A stretch of DNA of 64,000 bases. Origin: Schmidtea polychroa. Lineage: Eukaryota. This document shows, in pieces, positions 11,415 to 25,500 of this stretch. Under the pieces are notes generated by a model. It was not told the origin of the DNA. It saw only the letters and a program-made list of their open reading frames with translations, and ran no database searches. The translations under genes were made by a program, and so were the position numbers. Where the stretch lies: assembly GCA_044892525.1 (NCBI GenBank), contig CM097885.1, positions 27,964,001 to 28,028,000 on the forward strand, given 5' to 3'. Position 1 is the first letter of the stretch. The number at the start of each line of letters is the position of its first letter.

Positions 11415-13140
11415 AACAACAAATCAACAACTTAGTACCAACAACCAGTAACTTACGAACATGTATTACCAACCAGATACCTACAACCAGTTACCTGTTA
11501 CCAAGTACATACAACAAAACAACCAACCAACTAGGTACCAAGTACTTACAATTAACTACCAAGTACATACAACCACCTACCAATTACCTAGCTACAACCT
11601 ACAACTAGATACCAAGTACTCACAACCAACAACAACCAACCAACTAGGTACTAGATACCAAGTACTCACAACCGACAACAACCAAGTACTAAGCATTATT
11701 AACCAACATCAACCAGGTACTAAGCATTAATTACCAACTACTAAGTACCTACAACCATCTACCCATTAACTAGCTACAACCAGTTACCTGCTACTAAGTA
11801 CCTACAACCAACTAACAACTAGATACCAAGTACATACAACCAGACACTAAGCATTATCAACCAAGTACTAACAACTAAATACTAAACACTAACAACCGAC
11901 AATAACCAGGTACTAAGCATCATCAACCAACTACTAAGTACCTACAACTAGTTACTAACAACCAGTTACCTGATACTAAGTACCTAAAACCATCTACCAA
12001 GTACTAACAACCAGTTACCAACTACTAAGCATTAATTACCTACAACTAGTTACTAACAACTAGATACCAAGTACATACAACCAGACACTAAGCATTATCA
12101 ACCAAGTACTAACAACTAGATACTAACAACCAGTTACCCATTAACTAGCTACCAACTACTAAGTACCTACAACTAGTTACTAACAACCAGTTACCTGATA
12201 CTAAGTACCTACAACCATCTACCAAGTACTAACAACCAGTTACCAACTACTAAGCATTAATTACCTACAACCAACCAACTAGGTACTAGATACCAAGTAC
12301 TTACAACCAACATCAACCAGGTACTAAGCATTATCAACCAACTAAATACTAACAACCAACCAACTAGGTACTAGATACCAAGTACTTACAACCAACATCA
12401 ACCAGGTACTAAGCATTATCAACCAAATACTAAGTACCTACAACCACCTATCAAGTACTAACAATCAAAAGCAACAACTAGATGCTAACAACCAAAAACA
12501 TGCAACCAACTAGCTACAACCAGCACTCAACTAGCTACCAACTACTAACTACCTACAACCACCTACCCATTAACTAGCTACAACCAGCTAACTAGGTACT
12601 AGATACCAAGTACTAACAACCAGTTACCTGCTACTAAGTACCTACAACCACCTACTAAGTACCAACAACCGACAACAACCAAGTACTAAGCATTAATTAC
12701 CACCTACCAAGTACTAACAACTAACTACCACCTACCAAGTACTAACAACCAACAACAACCAGCTAACAACTAACTACCACCTACCAAGTACCTACAACCA
12801 ACTACCAAGTACCAAGTACTAACAACTAGGTACCAGATACCAAGTACTAACAACCACCAACAACCAGATACCTACAACTAGTTACTAACAACCAGTTACC
12901 TGCTACTAAGTACCTACAACCAACTAGCTACCACCTACCAAGTACCAACAACCACCTACCAAGTACTAAGCATTATCAACCAACTACTAAGTACCTACAA
13001 CCAACTAGCTACCACCTACCAAGTACATACAACCAACATCAACCAGGTACTAAGTATTATCAACCAAGTACCAACAACCAAGTAACTTACCTAGTACTAA
13101 GCACTGTCAACTAGATACCAAACACTTACAACCAGATGAC
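11415..13140. repeat. Complex C/A-rich satellite (CAAC/TAAC/AGTAC/TACC words); G/T-rich mirror ~22815-24430
   Basis: Strongly strand-biased mosaic of short words with 50-130-bp higher-order duplications that differ between arms. Confidence 0.9.
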
Positions 13141-13517
13141 CACATGAAATTATTGGTTAAATATGAAAATAAGGGTTATAATTAGTTGTTTAGTAAATTA
13201 TGGTGTAAAATTAAGTAATAAAGGATAAATAGGCAAATTAAGGATAAGTAAATTAAAGTTAAAAATTTTAAATAAGTAAATTAAGGTTCAAAATTTTAAA
13301 TTAAAGCTAAATGAATAAATTAAAGTAATAATTTTTAAATAAGTAATGTAATAAGTAAATTAAACTAAGATTTTTAAATTTATTAACAAAAAATAGAAGG
13401 TGTTTGAGAATTGAAATTTTTTAATGAAAATTTTTATGAAATAATTTTTAGGATAATTTTTAATGAAAATTTTTATGAAATATTTTTTAAGTTAATTTTT
13501 AATGGAAATTTTAATGG

Positions 13518-13525
13518 AATAATAA

Positions 13526-13580
<55 letters not shown>

Positions 13581-13581
13581 T
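13518..13581. repeat. (AAT)n microsatellite; mirror (ATT)n ~22505-22551
   Basis: Directly visible. Confidence 0.9.
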
Positions 13582-13990
13582 CAACAGTTACCAACAATCG
13601 GTTACTAAATATTTTTAACTAGGTGCTAACAAATACTTACAACATGATACCACGTACTAACTAACTCTCAAACAACCAGATACTTACAACTAACTACTAA
13701 ATATTCTTCACTGTATTTTATGAAATGCTTTTTAAATTAATTTTTTATCTATCTACAAAAATATATTTAATTACAATCATTAGAAAAACCTTTTCAAATT
13801 TAACAAAAATGTTGATTTTCATCAAAAAACCACAACTCATCACCACGTGAAATTCAAAATAATTTAAATTACAATGAAAGACTAATGAATTCTAATTTAC
13901 AAAACATTCTTCTTTTAAATGATAACTACTGACTTATTATTGCAATGTAAAAATTGCATTCAATAAATACTTATTGTTGATCAGTTTTAT

Positions 13991-14104
13991 TATATATACT
14001 CTGAGTTTATCCGACAGGATGTTTTGACCCCCTAATGGTACAGGTCGTAAGGGTACTGGTCGCAAGGGTACTAGTCGTAAAGGTACTAGTCGTAGGGGTA
14101 TTGG
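13991..14104 (-). promoter_or_regulatory. Conserved module: 15-bp tandem sites + GTCGGATAAACTCAGAG + TATA box (other copies ~16921-17030, 19155-19262, 21985-22099, 31400-31500, 39067-39162)
   Basis: GGTACAGGTCGTAAG GGTACTGGTCGCAAG GGTACTAGTCGTAAA GGTACTAGTCGTAGG, then (minus strand) GTCGGATAAACTCAGAGTATATATAA. Regulatory function is inferred only. Confidence 0.45.
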
Positions 14105-15804
14105 TAACACTCAACCACAACCTACCCATTAACTAGCTACTAAGTACTAACAACCAGTTACCTGATACCAACTACTAACAACCACCATCAAAACCCATCG
14201 AGAAATTAACAAATATCAACCTACAACTATATAACAACAATCAATAAACAACACTGCACCAACTACCATATACAAGATACCAACAACTTAGTACCAACAA
14301 TCAACTAACCACACATAAAAATAATAGCAATTAAATACAAAATACTCTTCATCGCATACACTATTTTCTTATCAAAATCTAAAAAGTCAACCAACTACTT
14401 ACAACCAACAACTATGTACTAACAAATTGATCTTTAAAAGCAAATACTCATCACTTGAAAAATTAGATGGAAAATTAATTGAACTCAAGGCATCAATAAC
14501 TTGATAAAAATTGATTAAATTATTGTAAAAAATTTAAATTATTCGAAATAAATATCATAAAAATTTAATTAATGGACAAGAAAAAATTCTAATCATCCAA
14601 TAAATAAAAAAAAATGCTGATCATTCAAGTTGAATCAACTAAGATAATAAATTAATAAGATAAGATCTAGTAGATAATTGATTTAGATTGAATAAATTAT
14701 TTGAAATAAAATTAATTTTAAGTATTTTTTTAAAAGTAATACATGTACTCAAATCTATTTACTAATTCCTCAATATATTCAAAAAATCAGTATGAATTCA
14801 TTAAAATTATCAAAGTCAGCAATCTACAATAAAAATAATTATCATTAAATTCCAAAAGAGACTAGATAACTAATGATAACATCTAACAAACCAGTAAATT
14901 CATTTAAATAATTGGTATATTCAAGCGAATTCTCTAATAAAATCATCTAAAAAGAATCATTTTCCCTGAAATATATCAATATTTAAAGATTGGTATCTTA
15001 TCGATAAGTACTTGTTAAAGATCATATATTCACCTCGAACTAACAAGATTCCTTAAAATCCCTCAAATGACTATATTTCTACCCTTAATTCGTATTATTA
15101 CAAATATTTCACTAAAATCATCTAAAAAGCATCAAATTTCCCTGAAATAACTATATCTTTAAAGATTAGTATTTTATCGATAAATATCCTTAAAAGGTTA
15201 TATATTTACCTCAGACTAATAAGATTGCTTTAATTCCTATTATCACGAATATTTCCTTATAAAACATGTAAAATCATTAACCCTAAAGAATTTATAAAAT
15301 CTAATGACAAAACCGGTTATAATAAAATTTTTGTTAATCACTGTAAATTTTTGTAAATCACTGTACTCGAAATTTAAAATAAATATAACTGACTAGGTCC
15401 CATTGAAAGATTAAATTTATCCATTCAATAAAATATATTTCTTCAAATGATCATTTTACCGATATTCAACCGATTTAATTACTAATTAAAATCAAGATTT
15501 CTTCCAATAAAGATCAATTTTATTTAGTTGTCGATGTTTTAAATCAATATTTCTCAACTTTTGTCGTTGTCCGTCTAAATAAAGATAAAAATAATTTAAA
15601 GCTGATATCAATCCCAATTATCTGTAAAGTTTTCATCGTCAAAACCAAGTAAATCGATCATTATCCCTACTTAATAAAACATTGTTCTAAAATAATTTAC
15701 TATGCATTAATCACAACCTAATAAAACGATATAATTATTATTGATTCATAACTGACTAATGTATTGCAATTTCCTTAAAAAACATTGATATTTTACCAAC
15801 ATCA

Positions 15805-16120
15805 CCCTTAAAAAATCATATATTCCCATCGAAACCCTTCCCTCATTAAAAGCAACCGACTATATCTCCCTCACAATAATATATTCCCATCTTAACCCAT
15901 CTCACATTAAATCTAACCGACTATATCCCCTTAAAAGATCATATTTTCCCCATCTTAACCGACCTCTCATTAAATCTAACCAACAATATCCCATCTTAAC
16001 CGATCTCTCATTAAATCTAACCGACTATATCCCTTTAAAAATCGTATATTCCCATCTTAACCCATCCCTCATTAAATTTAATAACCGACAATATCCCATC
16101 TTATCCGATCTCTCAGCAAA
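15805..16120. repeat. ~40-60-bp degenerate tandem repeat (TATTCCCATCTTAACC...CTCATTAAATCTAACCGAC); mirror ~20160-20425
   Basis: Directly visible repeated units. Confidence 0.75.
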
Positions 16121-16654
16121 TATTTCTACCCTTTTAAACATCTAACCGAATATATCCTTCAATTCTACCCACTTGAATCCTCCTTTAATTCAATTCAGTC
16201 TTAAAATCTTTAAAGAACTTCAAAAATATGACTTAATTGTTATAGACACCAAATATTCTTCCATTGAAATAATTTAGTAGCTATGTAGTAAGAGTTCACT
16301 AAAAGATCAAAAATCAATATTTTCTACAAATATTTACCATCAAATACTGGAGATGATATATATTGATTGATCATAATTCTTCATCGATTCAACCAATCAT
16401 TTTCAAGTAAGTTAACTGGTTTCTTAGCTTATGTTTTTTAAAGTTCATCAATGAGTAAATATTCTTAGAAAAATATTGAAAACATTATTTAGTCAAATAC
16501 ATTACAAAGTTATCATCAAAAATCACTTAATTATTAACCTAATTGTCAATGAAATTAATTTTTATTTAAAAACTATTCAATAAAATACAACTAATTATCA
16601 AGAAATTAATTAAATTTATCATAGAACTAACTTTAAATATTCATTCAATAAACA

Positions 16655-16835
16655 TGAAATTCACAAAAAACGATAAAAATTCACAAGAATGATAGAAATT
16701 CACAAAAAACGATAAAAATTCACAAGAATGATAGAAATTCACAAGAATGATAAAAATCCACAAGAATAATAGAAATTCACAAGAATGATAGAAATTCATA
16801 AAAATGATAGAAATTCACAAAAAAGATAGAAATTT
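16655..16835. repeat. ~19-20-bp tandem repeat (GAAATTCACAAGAATGATA); mirror ~19350-19567
   Basis: Directly visible; copy number differs between arms. Confidence 0.85.
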
Positions 16836-17694
16836 ACTTGAATAAAACCATCAACTCTAAAAATTATCAATGAATGCCTTATACAAATTTGCCTAAATAA
16901 TCATTCAAATAAAAACATTAAATACCTTTACGACTAATACCCTTGCGACATGTTGAATGTGAGTAGTACCCTTGTGAGCAATACCCATAGGGGGACAGAA
17001 TATTTTGTCGGATAAACTCAGAGTATATATTAATTAACTCATTTTTCATTGAATTAGTCAAATTATCATAAATTGCGATAAAAAATCTAAAGTGGTAAGC
17101 AATGTAAAGAGAAATATTCTTTAAACTTTGATAAAATTAACAATGAAGGTGGTAAGAATCTTCATTAAAGTGAGGAAATTACTCGATGATAAATTCAAAT
17201 GGGTGAAAATAATTGGTAGAATAATTCATTAATGGATCATTGAATGGGCATGGATAACATGAAGGTTGATAAGAATGGAAGTATATTAATTTATTTAAAA
17301 TTATTTCATAAAATTCATAAATTTAATAAAAAAAAAACTTTTAAGACAAATATTTGTGGGGAATAATTAATCAAAATCGGGGGGATATTAGTGATTAATT
17401 AATGGAAAATAGAGAATCGGGGAATATAAGTGAATAATTAATGGAAATTCTAGGGAATACAAATGATTAAATAGTGGAAATCGGGGGAATATAAGTTATA
17501 ATAATTAGTGGGGTATTGAGAATCGGTGGAATATAAGTGAGAAGGATATGTAATTTAAACTAGTTTATTACATAACAAGCCGTGACTAGTTTATTACATA
17601 ACAAGCTGTGAATGGTTTTTGAATAAGAAATATGGAATAGGTCTTATTTTTTTAAAATTTTTGACTAAAATAAATTCTAAAATAATAACTAATT

Positions 17695-18545
17695 AATACT
17701 AAAATGTTTTAATTTACATTATGTATTTCAAAAACAATTATCATAAAAGAAAATAATATATATATATTACCCTTTTCATTCAAAATAAGTTGAATATTCA
17801 AATATATATCTTAGAAAATACAAATTTTATAAGTAAAGCTTTTTTAAATAAATTTAAATAAGAAATTAATTTATTACCAGTTATATACTTTAAAACTTTT
17901 TTATGGAATAAGACAAAAATTTTGTTGTATAAGTCCTTTAATATTGTAATAATTATTTATTAATAAATTTATTATTCTACACTAAATATTTCAAAAACAA
18001 TTATCATATTATTAATTATATTACTCCTTTCAATAAAAATAAGATAAATATTCAAATAAATGACTTATAAAATACAATTAAAATTAAATTCTTTACACTA
18101 AATTTAAAAATATAAATTTTATAAGAAAATGTGAATAAGAAATTGATTTATTAACAGTTATAGACTTCTTGAACTTAATGATGGAATTAGGTAATAGAAA
18201 GTAATTTTTCTTTTTAAAAAGTCCTTTAATATTGTATTCTATTCATTATTAAATTTACTATTTTACACTAAAATATTTTAATTTAGAAAAAAAAATCATC
18301 ATAATATTGAATATAATACTTCAATCAAAATAAGTTAATACTCAAATATATGTCTTAAAAAATACAATCAAAATTAAATATTTCACTAAATTTTAAGTAA
18401 AGTTTTTTAAATTCTCAAATAAATGTTAACACGATATTAATTTATTAATCATTATATACTTTTTAAACTTATTATTGGAATAAAACAATAGAATGATATT
18501 GAAAATATATACAATTTAAAAATACAATAAAAATTAAATTCAATA
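17695..18545. repeat. Central spacer of the palindrome: about three diverged ~285-bp direct repeats
   Basis: Recurrent blocks AAAATAAGnTnAATAnTCAAATA..AAAATACAA and AAGTCCTTTAATATTGTA at ~285-bp spacing. Confidence 0.7.
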
Positions 18546-21500
18546 CTAGGTAAAATGTTGGTAAAATCCCGTTCACAGCTTGTTATGCAATAAACTAGTC
18601 ATGGCTTGTTATGTAATAAACTAGTTTAAATTACATATCCTTCTCACTTATATTCCACCGATTCTCAATACCCCACTAATTATTATAACTTATATTCCCC
18701 CGATTTCCACTATTTAATCATTTGTATTCCCTAGAATTTCCATTAATTATTCACTTATATTCCCCGATTCTCTATTTTCCATTAATTAATCACTAATATC
18801 CCCCCGATTTTGATTAATTATTCCCCACAAATATTTGTCTTAAAAGTTTTTTTTTTATTAAATTTATGAATTTTATGAAATAATTTTAAATAAATTAATA
18901 TACTTCCATTCTTATCAACCTTCATGTTATCCATGCCCATTCAATGATCCATTAATGAATTATTCTACCAATTATTTTCACCCATTTGAATTTATCATCG
19001 AGTAATTTCCTCACTTTAATGAAGATTCTTACCACCTTCATTGTTAATTTTATCAAAGTTTAAAGAATATTTCTCTTTACATTGCTTACCACTTTAGATT
19101 TTTTATCGAAATTTATGATAATTTGACTAATTCAATGAAAAATGAGTTAATTAATATATACTCTGAGTTTATCCGACAAAATATTCTGTCCCCCTATGGG
19201 TATTGCTCACAAGGGTACTACTCACATTCAACATGTCGCAAGGGTATTAGTCGTAAAGGTATTTAATGTTTTTATTTGAATGATTATTTAGGCAAATTTG
19301 TATAAGGCATTCATTGATAATTTTTAGAGTTGATGGTTTTATTCAAGTAAATTTCTATCTTTTTGTGAATTTCTATCATTTTTATGAATTTCTATCATTA
19401 TTGTGAATTTCTATTATTCTTGTGGATTTTTATCATTCTTGTGAATTTCTATCATTCTTGTGAATTTTTATCGTTTTTTGTGAATTTTTATCAATTTTGT
19501 GAATTTCTATTATTTTTGTGAATTTCTATTATTTTTGTGAATTTTTATCGTTTTTTGTGAATTTCATGTTTATTGAATGAATATTTAAAGTTAGTTCTAT
19601 GATAAATTTAATTAATTTCTTGATAATTAGTTGTATTTTATTGAATAGTTTTTAAATAAAAATTAATTTCATTGACAATTAGGTTAATAATTAAGTGATT
19701 TTTGATGATAACTTTGTAATATATTTGAATAAATAATTTTTCAATAATTTTCTAAGAATATTTACACATTGATGATCTTTAAAAAAACGTAAGCTAAGAA
19801 ACCAACTTTATCAATGACTTTAAATTTACTTGATAATTATTGTAGGATATACAGAAATTTAGTTTGCTGTTATTGCTTGAAAATGATTGGTTGAATAGCT
19901 GAAGAATTATGATCAATCAATATATATCATCTCCAGTATTTGATGGTAAATATTTGTAGAAAATTTAGTGAATTTTGATCTTTTAATGGGCTCTTATTAT
20001 TTGTCTGGTTCTATAACAATTAATTAAAAGTCATATTTTTGAAGTTCTCTGAGGATTTTAAGAGGATTGATATATATTAAAGGGCTCAAGTTGGTGAAAT
20101 GTTTAGGGAAAATAAGGGATATAATCGGATAGATGTTTAAAAGGGTAGAAATATTTGCTGAGAGATCGGATAAGATGAGATATTGTCGGTTAAATTTAAT
20201 GAGGGATGGGTTAAGATGGGAATATATCATTGTAAGGGGGATATAGTCGATTGATTTTAATGAGAGATCAGATAAGGTGGGAATATATCATTGTAAGGGA
20301 GATATAGTCGATTGAATTTAATGAGGGATGGGTTAAGATGGGAATATATGATTGTAAGGGGGATATAGTCGATTGCTTTTAATGAGGGAAGGGTTTCGAT
20401 GGGAATATATGATTTTTTTAAGGGTGATGTTGGTAAAATATCAATGTTTTTTAAGGAAATTGCAATACATTAGTCAGTTATGAATCAATAATAATTATAT
20501 CGTTTTATTAGGTTGTGATTAATCCATTGTATATTAATTTAGATTTATGGATTATTAAGTAGGGATAATGATCGATTTACTTGGTTTTGACAATGAAAAC
20601 TTTACAGATAATTGGGATTGATATCAACTTTAAATTATTTTTATCTTTATTTTGACGGAGAATGACAAAAGTTTAGAAATATGGACTTAAAACATCGACT
20701 AAATAAAATTGATCTTTATTGAAAGAAATATATCGATTGATTTTAATTAGTAATTAAATCGATTGAATATCGGTAAAATGATCATTTGAAGAAATATATT
20801 TTATTGAATGGATAAATTTAATCTTTTAATGGGACCTAGTCAGTTATATTTATTTTAAATTTCGAGTACAGTGATTAACAAAAATTTAATTATAACCGGT
20901 TTTATCATTAGATTTTATCAATTATTTAGGGTTAATGACCAAATTATTTTACATGTTTTATAATATTCGTGATAATAGGAATTAAAGTCATTTAAAGGGG
21001 ATTTTAAGCAATCTTATTAGTCTGAGGTAAATATATAACCTTTTAAGGATATTTATCGATAAAATACTAATCTTTAAAGATAGTTATTTCAGGGAAATTT
21101 GATGCTTTTTAGATGATTTTAGTGAAATATTTGTAATAATACGAATTAAGGGTTGAAATATAGTCATTTAAGGGATTTTAAGGAATCTTATTAGTTTGAG
21201 GAGAATATATGATCTTTAACAAGTATTTATCATTAAAATACCAATCTTTAAATATTGATATATTTAGGGGGAAAATGATGCTTTTTAGATGATTTTATTG
21301 GAGAATTCACTTGGATATACCAATTATTGTTATTTGAATGAATTTACTGGTTTGTTAGATGTTATCATTAGTTATCTAGTCTCTTTTGGAATTTAATGAT
21401 AATTATTTTTATTGTAGATTGCTGACTTTGATAATGATCAGCATTTTTTTTTATTTATTGGATGATTAGAATTTTTTCTTGTCCATTAATTAAATTTTTA

Positions 21501-22503
21501 TGATATTTATTTTGAATAATTTAAATTTTTACAATTATTTAATCAATTTTTACCAAGTTATTGATGCCTTGAGTTCAAATAATTTTTCATCCAATTTTTC
21601 AAGTGAAGAGTATTTGCTTTTAAAGATCAATTTGTTAGTACATAGTTGTTGGTTCTAGGTAGTTGGTTGTTAGTACTTGGTACTTGGTAGTTGGTATCTG
21701 ATTGACTTTTTAGATTTTGATAAGAAAATAGTGTATGCGATGAAGAATATTTTGTATTTAATTGCTATTATTTTTATGTGTTGTTAGATGATTGTTGGTA
21801 CTAAGTTGTTGGTATCTTGTATTTGGTAGTTGGTACAGTGTTGTTTACTGATTGTTATATAGTTGTAGGTTGATATTTGTTAATTTCTCGATGGGTTTTG
21901 ATGGTGGTTGTTAGTAGTTGTTGTTTGAAACCTAGTGGTTAGTACTTAGTAGCTAGTTAATGGGTAGGTTGTGGTTAAGTGTTACCAATACCCCTACGAC
22001 TAGTACCTTTACGACCAGTACCCTTACGACTAATACCCTTACGACCTGTACCCTTAGGGGGTCAAAACATCCTGTCGGATAAACTCAGAGTATATATAAT
22101 AAAACTGATCAACAATAAGTATTTATTGAATGCGATTTTTACTTTGCAATAATAAGTCAGTAGTTATCATTTAAAAGAAGAATGTTTTGTAAATTAGAAT
22201 TCATTAGTCTTTCATTGTAATTATTTTGAATTTCACGTGGTGATGAGTTGTGGTTTTTTGATGAAAATCATCATTTTTGTTAAATTTGAAAAGGTTTTTC
22301 TAATGATTGTAATTAAATATATTTTTGAAGATAGATAAAAAATTAATTTAAAAAGCATTTCATAAAATACAGTGAAGAATATTTAGTAGCTAGTTGTAAG
22401 TATCTGGTTGTTTGAGAGTTGGTTAGTACGTGGTATCATGTTGTAAGTATTTGTTAGCACCTAGTTAAAAAATAATCAGTAACCGATTGTTGGTAACTGT
22501 TGA

Positions 22504-22552
<49 letters not shown>

Positions 22553-25500
22553 CATTTAAATTTCCATTTAAATTTACATTATAAATTACATTTCTCAAAA
22601 AAGTTGGTGGTTATTCAATCTTTTGATAATAAATTTAAAAATTATTACTTTAATTTACTTATTTAATTTAAAATTTGAACCTTAATTTACTTTTTTTAAA
22701 AATTATTACTTTAATTTACCTAATTATTCTTTATTTCTTAATTTTACACCATAATTTACTTAACAACTAATTATAACCCTTATTTTCATATTTAACCAAT
22801 AATTTCATGTGGTCATCTGCTTGTAAGTGTTTGGTATCTAGTTGACAGTGCTTATTACTAGGTAAGTTACTTGGTTGTTAGTACTTGGTATCTAGTACCT
22901 GGTTGATGTTGGTTGTATGTACTTGGTATCTAGTTGTTAGTAACTAGTTGTAGGTAATTAATGCTTAGTAGTTGGTAACTGGTTGTTAGTACTTGGTAGT
23001 TGGTAGCTAGTTGGTTGTATGTACTTGGTATCTAGTTGTTAGTAACTAGTTGTAGGTACTTAGTAGTTGGTTGATGATGCTTAGTACCTGGTTATTGTCG
23101 GTTGTTAGTGTTTAGTATTTAGTTGTTAGTACTTGGTTGATAATGCTTAGTGTCTGGTTGTATGTACTTGGTATCTAGTTGTTAGTAACTAGTTGTAGGT
23201 ACTTAGTAGTTGGTTGATGATGCTTAGTACCTGGTTATTGTCGGTTGTTAGTGTTTAGTATTTAGTTGTTAGTACTTGGTTGATAATGCTTAGTGTCTGG
23301 TTGTATGTACTTAGTATCATGTTGTTAGTAACTAGTTGTAGGTAATTAATGCTTAGTAGTTGGTAACTGGTTGTTAGTACTTGGTAGGTGGTAGCTAGTT
23401 GGTTGTAGGTACTTAGTAGTTGGTAGCTAGTTGAGTGCTGGTTGTAGCTAGTTAATGGGTAACTGGTTGTTAGTATCTAGTTGTAGGTACTTAGTAGTTG
23501 GTTGATGATGCTTAGTACCTGGTTATTGTCGGTTGTTAGTGTTTAGTATTTAGTTGTTAGTACTTGGTTGATAATGCTTAGTGTCTGGTTGTATGTACTT
23601 GGTATCTAGTTGTTAGTAACTAGTTGTAGGTAATTAATGCTTAGTAGTTGGTAACTGGTTGTTAGTAACTAGTTGTAGGTTGATAAGGCTTAGTACCTGG
23701 TTGTTGACGGTTGTTAGTACTTGGTATCAGGTAACTGGTTGTTAGTATCTAGTTGTAGGTTGTAGGTACTTAGTAGTTGGTAATTAATGCTTAGTACCTG
23801 GTTGTTAGTATTTAGTTGTTAGTATTTAGTTGTTTGAGACCTAGTTGTTAGTATCTAGTTGTAGGTATCTGGTAACTAGTTGGTTGTTGGTACTTAGTAG
23901 GTGGTATCTGATACCTGTTTGGTTGCTTGTTTTTGGTTGTTAGTACTTGTTAGGTGGTTGTAGGTACTTAGTATCAGGTAACTAGTTGTTAGTAACTAGT
24001 TGTAGGCACTTGGTATCTGGTAATTTGTTGTAGGTACTTCGTTGTTTTTTGTTGTTAGTACATGGTTGTTGGTTGTAGGTACTTGGTATCAGGTAACTGG
24101 TTGTTAGTAACTAATTGTAAGTACTTGGTAGCAGGTATCTGGTTGTTAGTAACTAGTTGTAAGTACTTGGTAGTTGGTAGTAAGTACTTGGTTGATGTTT
24201 GTTGTAAGTACTTGGTATCTAGTACCTAGTTGGTTGTTTTTGGTTGTTAGTACTTAGTAGTTGGTTGTAGGTACTTGGTAGGTGGTAGTTAGTTGTTAGT
24301 ACTTGGTACCTAGTTGGTTGCATGTTTTTGGTTGTTGGTACTTGGTATCAGGTAACTGGTTGTAGGTATCTGGTTGGTAATACATGTTCGTAAGTTACTG
24401 GTTGTTGGTACTAAGTTGTTGATTTGTTGTTGAATTATTATTAAAATTTGTCTTTGAAAAATATTTCTTAAAAATTTCCATTAAAAATTATCATTGAAAA
24501 ATATTTCATAAAAATTTCCATTAAAAATTACCATTGAAAATTTTCATTAAAAAATTTCAATTCTCAAACACCTTCAACTTTTTGTAATTAAATTTTAAAA
24601 TCTTACTTTAATTTACTTATTACATTACTTTAATTTACTTATTTAAAAATTATTACTTTAATTTACTTATTTAAAAATTATTACTTATTTAAACTTTTTT
24701 ACCATTGATTACTTAATTTTAAAATTTGTACCATTATTTACTTTAATTTAATATTTTAGAACCTAAATTTACTTTAATTTAAAAATTTGGACCATAATTT
24801 ACTGTAATTTTAATTTTTAGAACCATAATTTACTGTAATTTAATTTTTAGGACCATTATTTTCTTTAATTTAAAAATTTGGACCATTATTTACTTTAATT
24901 GAAAAATTTGGACTATAATTTACTTTAATTTAATTTTTTAGAACCATTATTTACTGTAATTTAATTTTTAGAACCTTAATTTACTTTAATTTAATTTTTT
25001 TAGAACCATTATTTACTTTAATTGAAAAATTTGAGCCATAATTTACTTTAATTGAATAATTTACCACGTTTTTTAGTGTAGACCACCTTTTTCTCAGGAC
25101 CAAGGAGACTCACCTCACTATAGTCTGAAAAATCCTTGGCTTTTTTAGTGTAGACCACCTATTTGTATTGAAAATATCCTGAGACCTTAAATTACCATGC
25201 TTTTTAGTGTAGACCAGCTTTTTGTATTGAAAATATCCCGAGACCTTAAATTACCACGTTTTTTAGTGTAGAACACCTATTTCTCAGGACCAAGGAGACT
25301 CACCTCACTATAGCGTGATAAATCCTTGGCTTTTTTATTGATAGTAGGATTTTTGTATAGAAAAAAATTTTTTGTATTGAAAATCCCAGGACCATCGAGA
25401 CCCCCTCACTATAGTCTGAAAATTCCATGCTTTTTTAGTGAGACCGCCTTTTTGTATTGAAAAATTTTTATTTGTATTGAAAATCCCAGGACCATCGTTT

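Noticed and set aside
11415..13140. True telomere or telomere-fusion site
   Set aside because: No canonical homogeneous telomeric repeat. The polarity is that of element ends rather than an end-to-end fusion, and the arrays lie inside a TSD-bounded element.
10265..13608. ORFs 10265-10522, 10414-10605, 11461-11730, 13411-13608 (and 25335-25895)
   Set aside because: Translations of tandem repeats and microsatellites with no protein-like features.
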